Shown here: positions 48,766-63,012 of the stretch, piece after piece
How the letters are laid out: the number at the start of each line of letters is the position of its first letter
Position numbering within the stretch: the first letter of the stretch is position 1
NCBI RefSeq assembly: GCF_033153115.1
Contig: NW_026889756.1
Span: forward strand, 4,092,001-4,156,000
Origin: Saccostrea echinata
Lineage: Eukaryota
Direction: 5' to 3'
Length of the DNA: 64,000 nucleotides
Made by a program: the position numbers and the translations under genes
Notes under the pieces: generated by a model
Seen by the model: the letters and a program-made list of their open reading frames with translations, nothing else
Databases searched by the model: none
What the model was told of the DNA's origin: nothing

Positions 48766-50899
48766 GTATGTTGAGTTAAACTCCTATTTTGCTGTGCAGT
48801 ATTGTTCAAGTGCTATATTACTATATGATATTCATTTCCTTCTGTCTTCAGACCAGAATTTTTTTTTTCGAAATTCCATTTAAGTATGCAAAAGATAAAG
48901 AAATGTTTTATCTCCAAATATTCTTGAAAATATATGCATGCGTATTTGGGTTTACTGCTCCTTTAATTTTATAATTAATTAGCATGCAAGCACATTTTCA
49001 AGATGTTGATTTCTCAGCATTTATAAGCCGCGTATGGTCTTATAAGCAAGCATGGATGGTTTATCTTTAAAATTTATCAATAAAATTCCATCAATTTTTT
49101 TGGCTGTATCAATTTTACATTTACAATCTAATTTGTTCATATGTTAAAAGGACCATAATTCATTACTACTCTAAATATAACAATACTCTTCTCTGGGCAA
49201 GATAGGTGGTTTCATTCTCCCTTTTATTTAAATACATCAAATACTAAAGATTGTTTAGTCTGAGCCCTGTTGTAAGTAGTGCCTAATAGTTGGATTTGAA
49301 ATATTCACCAAGTTCTACTTTTACAATGACACAGAATATTGTATCGGTTATATTACTTAGTACCTGAATTTATACAAAAACTAAATTTAATCCTCTCACA
49401 AATAGAAACCAGCTAATATAAATATATAATAGGTCCAGAACATTCTACTAATATAACCGGACATATGGCAAAGTTAAGGCTGCTGTACAATGTGCACCTA
49501 ACAATAGCATCTACGCAAAATCTATTGAATTATTTTGACCTTAGTTTTGAACAATTCCAGGCAACTGCAAGTCTTTTGTCCTTATTTATAGAGAGAATTC
49601 TATGGTAAAATTATAATATGATTTGAATGTATTTTTGAAAGATTATTTTATGGTGACATAATTTTGTAGGATTAACTGGTTAGTTATATCTAAATATATT
49701 TTGTTTTCAACTTGACTTTCTGGTACTTTTGTTTGAAACTTAATAGTTTTTTTTTTGGTAAGCCCCCCCCCCCCTTTCTTTAGAAAAAAAAAAAAAAACA
49801 GAAATAAATTCTACACCATAAGCTTGAAAGGTAACACTTTTTTAGAAGCAATATCTATACACTGTATAAGCAGTCTATTGCTTATATTTTGGTCTCATTC
49901 TACAATGGCAAAGATTAATCATGATACATGTACACATTCAACTGATTTATGTATTTCAAAGGTGGTGGATGTACTTGATGTATTGGATTGTGATGATACA
50001 TATATTCAATGTCTGGTTTTCCAACTGGTTCACAGACTATTTGCGATTCTTTTCTTTGACTTATATTGGGGCCCATCCTCACTGTGTCCACAAAAAGGTC
50101 CGACCGAGTTTCCATATTGTTGTTCCCCTATTCTGGGTTTGCATTTTCCGATTTCGACGCAGTATGAAACAAAAAGACAATAATTAATGTTGATAACCAA
50201 TATTTGATCATTTAATAACAATACAAAGGTAAATTAATTATTTTATGGCATAACCGCGTGTGCGTCGTCTGCTTCGTAAAAATTTGAATCCAACATCATC
50301 CGCCTTATTTAATAAACATCAACAGTAATAAAAGCTTTAAAATGGCTGAAAAACAATTCATAAATGGAAAATTATACGATTTTTTAAAATAAGATGTATT
50401 CTTTGCAAGCATTTGATATGCGTCTTTACTTTTGAAAGGTTCAGCAGAAAGGGATGTGAAGAACAAACCCAACCCTTTATATAGACAACACTTGCTGTGT
50501 CATCCAAGCCCGACTCTTAAAAGCCAACGTACAAGGGACCTATATACTAGTATATAGGTCCCTGCAAATATACTTTTCTCGTAAAATAAAGGCATCTATT
50601 TTGTATACACGAATAGATGCTAATAATGAAAAGGGAAGAAAACTATTTCTTTTGATTACAGATAACTTTCTATTTATATTTGTTCTATTTTAATTGTATC
50701 ATGAAATTAACTATTTTAATTGTATCATGAAATTAACACCCTAAACCTATGAGTGTTCTTTTACATCTCTTCAACTCAATTTTTGTATGGGGACATTTTT
50801 GAAATTTATATTCTGCATTAAAATACAGACAGTTTAAATAATGTTTATCGGGTAAAAGAAACATAAAATTTTCTTACATGTTATACATTAGTCATACTT

Positions 50900-52325
50900 A
50901 CGTCGACATGCTGAGTCAGGAAGTTATGTAACTTCCGTTGATAATTGTATCTTGCATTAAATTATGTGCTAAAAGTTTCGGATTTTTTTTTGAAAATTCT
51001 AATATTCCAAATTCGTCCTTCTTTCTTACTCTTATTGCCGAATCCAACAAATATTCTACCAAACCCCTATCTTTACCCCACAAAAATATTAACTGCTGTA
51101 AAGGAAGAACTTTAAATGTAGTTGTGCCACTTCATATTCTAAAAGCGATGTAAATCAAATGTTGATTCTCAAAAACTAAAAAAAAAAGAGACTCTTAGAA
51201 AATTTTAAGTCACATTTTTATTTTAAAGTCAGTGACATTAAAACGTATGACTTTTCTATACTTCATATAGCCATTCCTCACGATAGATAAAAAAACAGGG
51301 GTTTTGGTTTCATTGATAACTGCTTCTTCAATAAAAATGGAATACGGAAATTTTCGTATCTTGTGTGTTCAGTCATCAACATAATTACTTTGTTAAAATC
51401 ACTCTGATTCTACACAAAAGTACTCTGAAGTTGATATTAAAAGGATGTTCTAATTGACAACATCTGTGTAGTCTTCGGAGACAAGGTCTTCCAATTATCT
51501 GTTGGAATTCTAATGGGGACTAATTGTGCTCCTTTATCAGGTTTAATTGCCGAACTGCTGTTTTTACATGTATATTCCCATGAAATAGAATTTATTGAAA
51601 AACTTCTATATGGGAGGAAAGCACTTGTTATGGCTTTCATCTCGACATTCAGACGTTGTATCAATTAACAATAGAACTTCAATTCATACATCAATTCGAT
51701 ATATCCCAGTGAACTTGAAATAATAGACACTACAGTGTCTGGTTCATATTAGGGTGATTCACAGACTATAGACAATAAGGGTCATCCAATAACTAAATTG
51801 TGTGACAAACGAGATGACTTCAGCTTTTCCATCGTTAACTTCCCATATTTATGCAGTGATATTCCACTTTCACCTGCATATGGGGTTTACATCTCTCAAC
51901 CTATTGGATACTCAAGTACACGTTCTGAGTATGATCAACTTTTAAACCGAGGCACGCTACTGATAGATGAGCTATAGGGATTTCAACATCCTCGTTTAAT
52001 TTCTGCATTTTGTAATTTTTATGGTCGTTATAATTAATGTCCTAGTTAATAATTATAACATATCATTGGGTGTATTTTGACTGACATATTTCATATTGTT
52101 AGGTATTTGATCTTATACTGAATTTTACTACGGAATTATTTTCCTATCTGATCAAAACATAGGGCTCTCGGCGGGTCAACAAGGGATGCCTACTCCTCCT
52201 AAGCATCTGATCCCTCCTCTAAAATATGTCCGGGGGTCCGTGTTTTATGCCCTGTCCACAGATTTGTATTGTTTGTAGGTTACCTAAGAGATTCATCATT
52301 GTTCTTTATTTTCACATATTTCATT
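50900..52325 (+). mobile_element. Penelope-like retroelement remnant (RT and 3' region)
   Basis: Degenerate translation IDNICVVFGDKVFQLSVGIPMGTNCAPL...DKRDDFSFSIVNFPYLCSDIPLSPAYGVYISQ; the 3' non-coding motif (gggatgcctactcctcct...ctgatccc) is shared with 56400-56670. Confidence 0.8.
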
Positions 52326-54618
52326 TCTTAAAATGCAAATAATTTGATACTACTGAGTAAGTGTTAAAAAGCAGTCATTTGAAAAAAAAAATGAGCTGAA
52401 ATATCACTCAGATGAGCTTAAAACTTCGAAAGTTTGACTTACTTTTGAAATTACTTTTGCTTTTCTTATGGCAAACTTTTATCAGAGAGCGATAGTTTCT
52501 TTTGTCCGGGAAATGTAAGGCAAATGCAGGATTCTGAGGAAAATTACCTTACTTTACATGTAACTTGTTTTTCTGTGCTAGATTGTGCTGATTTCTGTTA
52601 CTATTAATTAATCTAATTATTTTACCCTATTCATGATTCGTTTTATCTACTGTATATTTGAGATTGATCACTGTTCGTTATGTGCACCTTTTACATCTCT
52701 TTCTTTTTCCTCTATAAGCCTTATTATGTTTTTCTGGATTAATGCACTTTTGAAATATATGCCCTTCCAATATATCGCTTTTAAACTATCAATTTGTTTT
52801 TATGTCATGAAGTTACAAATATTTTTGCATATTTTTTTCAGGTTCTACGATCAAAGTTTTCAAAACAGAGTACTAATTTTTTTTTCTAAAATTGATTTGC
52901 TAAAAAATAATTGATACAATATTAAAACTTGTGTTCTGTTATAGCAATTTAAATCTACCCGATGACCGACCTTATAGTTTGAAGATTTTATAGGGAATGC
53001 TTCAGCATTTTTGCATTATTAAATTTTTATACAACACTCAAAATGAGCAAATACGATGAGCTAGCATTCAGGATTAAAAAAAAAAAAGAAGACACAAATA
53101 TAGGTGACCGCCTTAAATCGAACATAGTAGTATGCATATTCTATGATGCACAAAAATTACAAGTATGGGAGATATATATCGCAAATAACTTACAGGTAGA
53201 ACAAAAGTAATGAAAAATTATAAAGAACTAAAGATACATTATTCAAATAAATTGAAATACATGTAAACATAGTATTGGTTTATATGCTGTACTTATTATC
53301 GGGCGCATAAGTGGCCGATCCATTTGTGGTTGTGTTAAAATGTGCACATGGGGAAATGAGACTTTATTTTTACATTGCTTTGATGGAATAATTCCCTATT
53401 GAAAACGTACATGTACATAATAAAAGTTATGAATATTTTTTTTTTTTTTTTGATTGATCAATGAAAATTTGAATATAAAAATGAACAGAAAAGTAAGGCA
53501 AGTGTAGAGTTTGGAATAAAAATGTACATGTATCATATACTTTTTCTACTTTAATTTTTTTTCTTTTGACTCTTTCTGGTGGAAATACTTGAATGCTAAA
53601 TTAATTAGTTTTTGTGGTCGATTTGATGCTTTGCATCAATATAACTTGCTAATTTATAGTAACAGTTATACACAACTGTCAGTCTGCCCTATGATTGATT
53701 TCCGCTCTCTGGACGGTCTAGGCGTCACATTTGATATAACATTAAACAACTTCATTTTCTAGAGTAGACCGTTAATTTCCGTGGGTGATAAATGTGTGAA
53801 TCCTTGTCAGTCTCTAAATGGGGATAGTTGTGTAATCTACTCGTTCTTTGAAGATTTGTGGTAACTACAGCAATCATTGATGTCTGGTGAATATAAATAA
53901 ACTGTTTTAAAAAAGGATCACTCTAGATTGACGCACGTAATGTAGGTGTAAATGATGTAGGTGTATATGACGTACTTGACTGACACTGAATAGAAATATA
54001 CTACAGTTATACACAACTGTCAGTCTGACCGATGATGGATTTTCTGGTCTCTTGGAGCCTGGTTTGATATAATCTTAAACAACTACTTTTTCGGAGCTTG
54101 GACAGCATGGATCGCACATGGGTGATAGCATATGTCAGTGTCTATAAGGGCAGTGTCTATAAGGCCTCTCGGAAAGATAAACAAAGACCACAGGAATACA
54201 TTTTCTCCACTTTTTAAAAAAAAAAAACCTGATATACACTGTATATAGAAAAAAGATCAATCATAAGTATTTTATTTTTCTAGGGACAGATGCTGAAAAA
54301 AAAATTAAGAAATTATTGTTCAAATTTCGTTTTGCGATTACCCGTTTAAATCTATACAATTTATTTGACGTTATTGAGAAACTCTTCATGGCTGAACCAA
54401 TTTTGTATACTTACATAAACTCAAATAAAGTTGTTATTCTCATGATTTATGAAAAATCTGTCTTCAAAAGTGTTTTGAAAATGAATTTGAAAGATGCAAG
54501 AAACCTGGGTTAAAATATAATGAAACTTTGTACTTTCTTTAAAAAACTATAAATTATGGAAATACACATTATTTATATAAGTATGGTAAACATTCTGTTT
54601 TTGTTTCAATATCCATTA

Positions 54619-54809
54619 CTGTAAACCAACTTTTATTCGCGTGCAAGAAATATTCGCGAGTTTCGCGACCTCCTTTAACTCGCGAATATTAGTCGCCGCC
54701 AACCATTTATTATGCTTTGTTTTTGTAGAGAATGTTTCCTCAGTCGCGAAAATTAATCGTCGCGGATTGATTTCAAACTGACGAATCGCGAATAATAGTT
54801 GGTTTACAG
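54619..54809. mobile_element. TA-flanked MITE (same family as 2817-3026)
   Basis: Same TIR, TA on both sides, collinear interior. Confidence 0.88.
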
Positions 54810-55153
54810 TATTTCATGCAAGACGAATACTCAAGAAAGTAAGTTAATGTTTTTTTACCCTGAATTTTATAGATGCGCTTAAAAGAAGTATGGTCATAAA
54901 ACTACATACTCGATTTTTTTTTATCATCTTCATAAAAGAAATAAACATTCCTGATGATCATGTTCAGAAAAAAAAATCATCAAACTCTGATAAAAAGGTA
55001 ATGAAAAGTTGGAGTCAAAAATCTATAAACAGCGATTTTATATACATATATGATCATGTATGTACTTATTAAATTCAATCAAGGTAGTAGGAGACCAGAT
55101 AGATCTATGTGTATCTATAGCTTTATTAATATATTGAACTATATCTATTTATA

Positions 55154-55990
55154 CGAAGGGTTATCAAAAAGTTAGTGAAATAGCGACATAAAATGAAAAC
55201 GCCTTTGGTACATCAATGAAATTTTACATATTTAGTTAGCATCTTCTTTTCTAACTGTACAATAAACTATGAATCAGACCATCTTTAAGAAATTGTTTGT
55301 TTGCCCTCTCCCGACCAACTGGCTAAAAATGGCCCGACTCAATTTTTTTTAACCTCCAGAAAGCAAATATTTTTTATGCATTCCGGAAAATAGATTTTGA
55401 AAATTCAGCATTTATTTTGAAATTTTCTAAGCACAAAAATTTTTCTCATCTACATACCGACCTAATCTTTTCATCCTGAGTCGGGAGAAGGCAAACAAAC
55501 ATTATTTTAAAGTTGGTCTCATTAATTTTTAAAAATATGTTTTAATGTTTTTGTAATGAATGGTATGTCCAGGCGGCGAAACCTCGGACATGACGTATTT
55601 TCTACCTGAGTGAAACTAAAAATACTTATTTGATATGAGCATTTGTCATCCAATAATCATGTTAATTCAATCACGTGGTATTACACAATTGTTCCGTAAA
55701 ATGTACAATTTTTACCCCTTTTGTAAGTTCTATGAAATCTTATCGTAAAATTTATGTAGAATGTCCAAACAATTAAGGGGACAAAAATGACACCAGAAGG
55801 TAGGAGGGATCATATCATATCATGTCCTTTTTATTTAATAGTAATTTGTCAAATCATCAACCTATCAAGCTAAAATTTTCAATACTTCTTATTTTTTTGT
55901 TATTTAATGTTCCTTATAAATGCCGTAAGCACCGACTTCATAGTACATGCATTAATTTTATCGCATCGTCCACGGATTTCCATTACATAG
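55154..55990. mobile_element. Mariner-like MITE containing a nested TIR element (about 55276-55519)
   Basis: Ends resemble 39831-40351; inner TIR agaccatctttaa..ttgtttgcc..ctcccgac is mirrored at 55480-55519. Confidence 0.65.
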
Positions 55991-56399
55991 TTCCTTCACT
56001 GCATTTATTAAAATAGGCTCCTTTTGACTAACAACCTGAAAACCATAGCACATAATTAATCAGATTGTTACAGAAATAACAACTGACAAACACAAAGTAA
56101 TGCTAGTAGTTCACCTTGAAGTGAATCCCCCCTTCATCCACTTCTTTAACCATGAAATACTTTTCACATGGGGTGGATAGAAGCGGCTTTAGTTTTAAAA
56201 TTCATTGCTTCTACAAATAAATAATAGGTATACCTGTACTCTCAGTGGGTCATTTAAGCTAGCCATTCAAATGGATGCAGTGACAGCTGTGACTTCGGTC
56301 TTGGCCAATTCTCTGATTATTTTCCTATACCAAGAAAAAAAAATCATTCATAAAAACAAAATGGCATTCTAATGACAAAATTCTCATCTATGTTCCATA

Positions 56400-56670
56400 T
56401 AATGAAATATATGGAGATAACGAACAGTATTCAAGCTCAAAAGTCCATTAAACAATACAAAATAGGAGCAGAGCAAACACGGAACCTCTAAACATCAGAG
56501 GTGGGATCAGGTGCCATGGAGGAGTGAGCATCCCCTGCCGACCGGTCACACCCGCCGTGTGCTCCTTGTCATGATCGGGAAATAACGGAAAAATCCGTCG
56601 ACAATTCAGTGTGTAAATTATGGCCTAACAATTAGTATGAAAAAACGTCAGTCAGCATTTGACTCACAAA
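56400..56670 (-). mobile_element. Penelope-like 3' fragment
   Basis: Reverse complement of ggtgggatcaggtgccatggaggagtgagcatcccc matches 52180-52220. Confidence 0.6.
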
Positions 56671-56949
56671 ACAGTAAAAAGTTCTTAACTACCCATCTTT
56701 ACAAATTTATATAACAAAATAAATGGACGTTGCATATCACTTAATAAAACCATGAAGAGTGACAACAATGTTATAACTGAAGTATGAACCAGGTTTATCT
56801 AAAGTCGAATAGAACCCCTCTATAGTACCCTCGTTAATCACACTCTGATCTTGCCTATATAAGTACTTCTATTTATACCAATAATATACTAGTATTTCCT
56901 TCCTATGTTCCTGATTGTTAATTATGCAGGTTGGCACTTAATTTATAGG

Positions 56950-58321
56950 TTAAAACTGATGGCTCCCTTATTACTCTTGGAGATCTCCATGATGCCTGCA
57001 CTCAGTTCTTTCTAAAGAACACTTGCACTCCAGCACCAATTAAAGATATAATAAGCAAACTGATTAAACGGATTTTTGATGTACAAACAACATCATGGTC
57101 CACCAAATTCATTCGTAGTGGGGAAGGACAATTATATTCAATAACATTGGAAATCGGACTGTGCGTTCTAGTTACATTGTCCAGCTACCGTCATTTGGTA
57201 AAGATCTAGAAACAAAGCCAGCCATTCTTCAACCTCAGTTGTCTTCTACCAGTTGTTATTGATGATGTGCAGCAAACCTGTACTGTTGGATTTGAACTCA
57301 ATGATCTCTGGATAGAAATAAATGGAGTCAAATTGTCAGCTGGCGTCCACGTTCCAGTCACTAATTCTAAAATTGTGGGCATAATACAATTAATATCGTC
57401 CATGAAATTATGCACTTGGAATCTATGCCCAAGACATTTAAAGAAGAAAGAATACCATCAACTTTTGAAACCAGTGATAGATTTGTTATGAGGTCCAAAC
57501 ACTCATAAGAAGTGCGTTTGTCATGCAGCATTTCCAGGAGTCGAAAACATAATGAAAGGAAGAGAAAGCATTTGGAGGAAATCAAAAGCAGTTCTGGCCT
57601 TAACAAAGAGATGGAAAAGTCTGAAGTGAACTGTGAACAGATACTGGTAAAAATTTCAAGAACAGTTAAGGAAGGAGAATGACATTCCATCGTGTCCTTC
57701 TTCAAAGCATGGGGTCTTAAGAGAAACAAGTAGTAACAAACTATTAACACAATCTGACAAGATTTTGCTGAATGAAAATAATCAGAAAAATATGGAAGAC
57801 ATCATCCAGTTTGTCCTTAAGAATGATTTACCAGAGGAATTTGTGATTCTTCTAAAATCCCAGTTACAGACCTGTAGTAAGGATTTTGGACATACACCAG
57901 CGGAGATGGGACCCGGAAATAATAAGTCTGTGCCTCATGCTGTACATAAGGTCACCTCAAGCCTACGAAGATTAGAAGAAGTCAAACTTCTTGCAACTTC
58001 CATCAAAACGTCTCCAGCAATACTTTAAGAACTCTGTCAAGCAGATTCCAGGTTTTAACCATGCAAAATTAACATGGATAACCAAAGAAACACAGAAGCA
58101 GAATGTTTGAGTTTGGCAGGCATGGTGAAATTAAAATAGACAAGATGACTATACAGGATGATTTAATCATAACCAAATCAGGAGATACATGGAATCTAGT
58201 GGGTTTTGTAGATATGAACGCAACCAATAACAACATTGAAATAATCAGCAAAGGAAAGAAGGAAACCAACCTGGCCACCCATGCCTCGCAATTTATATTC
58301 CACGGCTTAACTGGTTTTAGG
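56950..58321 (+). pseudogene. P-element (THAP9-like) transposase remnant
   Basis: Frameshifted pieces RRWDPEIISLCLMLYIRSPQAYE, LQLPSKRL, IDKMTIQDDL, LVGFVD and LATHASQFIFHGLTGFR are typical of P transposases. Stops and frameshifts present; 5' boundary approximate. Confidence 0.7.
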
Positions 58322-60479
58322 TATGTGTGAATGAAAATGTTACATATTATTTTATTACATGGCAACTTCCCTTTTGATTTTTTTTTGTTCCCAAGGTTGA
58401 TTTTGTTAATTTTGGTGTATTTTGGGTGTAATCTTTCCACTTTTTTTATTACCAACTACAAACAACCAAGCTGCGAGCGCAGATCTAGAGGGGGTATTTG
58501 TGGCCGGAACCCCCCCCCCCCCCCGTTTTGGGATTTTCAGAGTTTTTAAATTTCTATGTAAAGAAACAGTGACCTTTACCTCCCTCCAGGTAACACTGAC
58601 CCCATGTAATATGGTAAGGAGAATCATGTATCTAAAGAATGTTAACTCAGGAAGTTTTTTTTCTTCTGTTTTTTCCTTATGAAAAATTTTCCGAGTCCGA
58701 CTTTTCTCTGAGTTTGTGTGGACGCTCCTGGAGAAAAATCCTGAACTCTATATCCAAACCCATTGTTTTATATAAATATACAGTCAGCACGTAACAGGAA
58801 ATCCCTTTCCGCTTGAACGAACACAATACATAGGTAACAGTAAAGGGGGTGGTATAGTCCATGCAGCTTGTGATGAAACAAGGTTATAAACAAAAAACCC
58901 AGAGTTACGGCATTGTTTTGGTATTGCTTTAAAGTAATTGCAAGCACTTTTTCTTATAATTGTTCTTAATTTTATTGAACTACATGAATAAACTATGACT
59001 ATTTTTAAAATTGAAATAATATTACAGTGTAATACAATATTTTCATAATTAGCATGATAATATTGGCTTTACTGTTGGGAAAGTAGACCCTCCAGATGCG
59101 AAGGTTTACCCTTGTGACCTTTAGCAATAGGGTAAGTTTACGGGGACGGTTTGTTCCCCAGATAATAAACATGATATTGCTTCCAAACAAATTTTAGGAT
59201 TATTACCCTTACAGTATATATTTTAATTATATTAAAATTAATATTAATTATTATTCATTAAAATGAATATTCAAGTATAGAATGCCCAGCAAAACATATT
59301 TAGTTCATGTCTATACTGTTTAATTCCCCCCCCCCCCCAATTCATATTGTAGTTTTATTTGATAAGCCTTCATGGTGATGGTGATGGGGGGGGGGGGGAT
59401 TATAATTTCTGACGAAGAAGTAAATCTTTGATTTTTTCCCCATATCGTCTTACCGGCTCGGTTTTTGGGAAGAAATTACTGGAAACAACTAATAATACAA
59501 AATAGTATTCTAGCATTTTTATTAAGCTACCTCATCCCTAGACCAGCAAAACCCTCACCATTAAAACTTATAAAATTTGATGAAAAAGTCAGTTTTTTTA
59601 TGTATCTCCCTTTCTGAAAACTTAGATTTAGTTGTCAGAAATGCTTAAAATTTATAGACTTTCAGAAGCTTTGCCCCCATTCACAACAACCAGCTAAAAG
59701 GTGGTGCCAAATCTTCTGCTTTTTTCGCTTCAACATTAAGCACCCTCTAGGTACGCCCCTGCCCATTACCTCTTACCCAGATTTAGTTTTGATTAGTTGT
59801 AGAGTTTATTACAATGTCAGGAATCTATCTTTGTGAGTTAATCAATCATTAAGTAATAGCTAAACTTTCTCAACAACCTAAATGCTTACAGATTAAGAAA
59901 TGGACGAACAGCTGTTTATATTAAACATTAACTTGACCATTTTATAATTGCCGATATGGGAATATATAATTTTGTTTGAATAAATTGCTGCTTTGCAAAT
60001 GTAAATGCCTAACCAACCCCTGTTTTTATCCCCCCCCCCCCAAAAAAAAAATTATATAAAATGCTGTGAAGATATAACTATGGGTGTACTGTGCCACAGC
60101 ATATTCAGGACATGTTGTAAATCATACTTAGATTCAGAAAAACTTCAGGGAAAATTTAGAAATTTCGGAATCACAATTTTTATTTCAAAAATCGATAAGA
60201 TTAAATTTCTGAATTTTCAACACTTTGTACAACCATTCCTCAAGATAAATGGTCATGAAAGACCAGAATTTTTGATTTCATAGACACAAGCTCACTTTAA
60301 CTATACAAATATACAGAACCAGTCATTGTGTATTTGTATAGTTAAAGTGAGTTTAGTCTGTTTCCCTAGAATTATGTAATATAAAAGTTACAATTTAAGT
60401 CACCAAGTTTTACTTTGGGGCAGATTGTATACATTTTTAGACAGAGACAAATTGGTTCTGGGTAGCAAAGCTTTTCGCC

Positions 60480-61160
60480 AATAAACATGGCGTTTGGAGA
60501 TTTTCATATCTTGTGATCAGTCATCTACAAAATTTCATTCTGATTCAGCATGCAAGGACTTTGAAGTAGATATTACAAAAGCTGAAGTTCCAATACCTAT
60601 GTCTTTGAAGACCTGCAGGTCAAATATATAAGCAGAATTTATAATAAAACATCTAAATGAAAAGAACAAAAGATTTTGTCGTAGCTTTCAACTCTGTATT
60701 GAGAAATATCGACGTTTTATTAATTAACAATTGTTCCTTTCATTTACGTATATGTGGATTCGATTTATCCAGGTAAACCTGACATAAAAGACACCACAGA
60801 GTTTGCAACATCGGTTTCATGTCTGAAACTTTATCTGACTGTAGACAAAAACTAATAAACTAATAACTAAGATGACAAAGTGGATGACCTCAACGTTTCC
60901 ATTGTCACCTTCCCCTGTTTTATGCTTCTAAATTGATTTGATTCAGGAGATAATGTTCTGAAGATCAATTTTCAAACCAAGACAGACTACTGACAAATAA
61001 GCTGCTGTTACAGAACTTTCAAGTCAGCATTTTGCAAATTCTATGGTTGTTGTCATGACCTTTTTTAAATTTACAACTTATTCTTGTGTCTTATTTTGAC
61101 TGACATGTTTCACACCAATTATTAGGCCTTTTTTTTTACTCTGTTTACTACGAATTCCTC
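60480..61160 (+). mobile_element. Penelope-like RT fragment, highly degraded
   Basis: gacaaagtggatgacctcaacgtttccattgtcaccttcccc is homologous to 51804-51845; ctatggttg and actgacatgtttca are shared with about 52020-52095. Confidence 0.6.
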
Positions 61161-63012
61161 CAAACATGAAAAATAGCCATAAATATAATAAGTGTAGAAA
61201 TGCTTTTACTCTGTGGACATTTATTTAGTAGAAAAATAAATTATGAGACACTAGTTAATAAAGTTAATAGAAGAAGTTGAAAAATACTAGTAGCACGAAA
61301 TATACTATATAAATTATTGCAATTTCCTGTAAAACCTTACCAGTATTTGTAATATCTGACACAGAAGTTGAAACTGTTGCATTGACATTTTCAGATTTCG
61401 AATGCAGAAAATACTTTGATTCAATTTGAAATAATCTTCCAATTGAAAAAAAAAGATCTCTACATTTATTATTCTGATATAAATGTAAAAGGAGGCCATA
61501 AGGATCACTTAAATAGCTTTTGCCCTTAAGTTCGTTAGAAGATTTTAAAAAGATTTTTCTCTTTTATATTCTCATGAAAATTTCGATCTAAAATGAGGAA
61601 TAAGGTCTATGAATCTAAATATCATGAAGACGCATCAATATCAATATGATTAGCATTGATTGTGGTTATGAATAAGAACATTTTTTCCTGCATTATATAA
61701 ACTTTGATGCCAGTTTAAGCCAACTGTAACCCAGGGTCTATAATTTGAAGAAAGTACAGTATGGATTCTACACAACCTGGAAATGTTTGCAAAAATAATG
61801 GCTCTATTGTGGTTCTTGCGAAGATATTTGAACATTTTTAATGTATAGTCCAATTAGAACTTTTATCCCCTATTGTTGTCCCAACCTACCCCGATGGGGA
61901 ATGAAATAAGGAATTTAGAACTATATCAGGAAATTTCATATAAGTTTCAATTTTTCGGACCCAAGTGTTCACCCAAGTATTCTGAAGAAAAAAATATTAA
62001 AGACTTCTTCCAATATGACTTTGATCGTCAGGTCAGTATATTGTTATGAACATAATATTCCCATGTCGATTGAAATGCTGACAAGGTCCCAAGGTTAGTA
62101 AAATATTAATTCATTATTGATCACAAATTCAACATTATTACACATTGAAATTACTTCATCATTCTTTACTTCTTAGTGTCGTGTGCAACATTACGAAACA
62201 ATGCCATATATATACATTTACCACTTATTTCAGGGTAGAGCGAAAATTCTAAAGAGTACAGGACTGTATAATCAGATATCAGCGACAACTCTTGAGAATA
62301 TAGAAGGACTTGATTGTCAGATATCGGCTTCAGTGAAGTAAAGACTTTTTCTGTCAACTAACCTTATAAACATCATGCGTAAGTAAATTGAATCATTCAC
62401 TTTAATTTCAATGTTAATATTTAAAGCTGAAGAGACCATATTCCATCAACAAGTTTTAGTTTGGTTGTTTGGAATGATAAACGTGAAGTGATAATATCAA
62501 AATATCATATTCTCTAACTGTTTCAAACATTGACACTTTTTGAAAATTGAAGAAAATCCATGCAATATGAATGCTCTTTTTTCATTATCTAACATTTATT
62601 AATATTTTTACCTGCATAAGGAGGCCAAATGTTTTTTTAATTGATAATGCGAGGAAAGTATTTGCTGTTACTCAAAACACAGAAAGATCCATTAGTCATC
62701 ATTTATTAGCTAATGATTTAAGAATGACATGATTTTATAAGGTTTGGAATTGCAAGGATATTCACTTTTTGCTTCATGTATGTAGCAATTCTTCTTTTAG
62801 AAATTGCAGTTTTCCTTCTTTTGCTTTTAAATTTTCTGACAAAGAAAAACAAAGTCATAGAATACGAACATAACTAAATCAAAAATCATTCTATTGTCAA
62901 CCCAAACGAACCATTGGAGAAATCAACACTATAGGCAAAACTATTTAAAACATAGCGACAAATTTCAAATTTCCATCATTTAATCTTTCTGTTTCCGTGG
63001 CGCCTGGAGCAC

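Noticed and set aside
49755-50221. Overlapping ORFs as a gene
   Set aside because: No recognisable domain and no consistent splice structure.
52405-52440. Hammerhead ribozyme next to the Penelope remnant (cagatgag...cgaaa)
   Set aside because: The core reads CAGATGA instead of CTGANGA and I could not build convincing stems.
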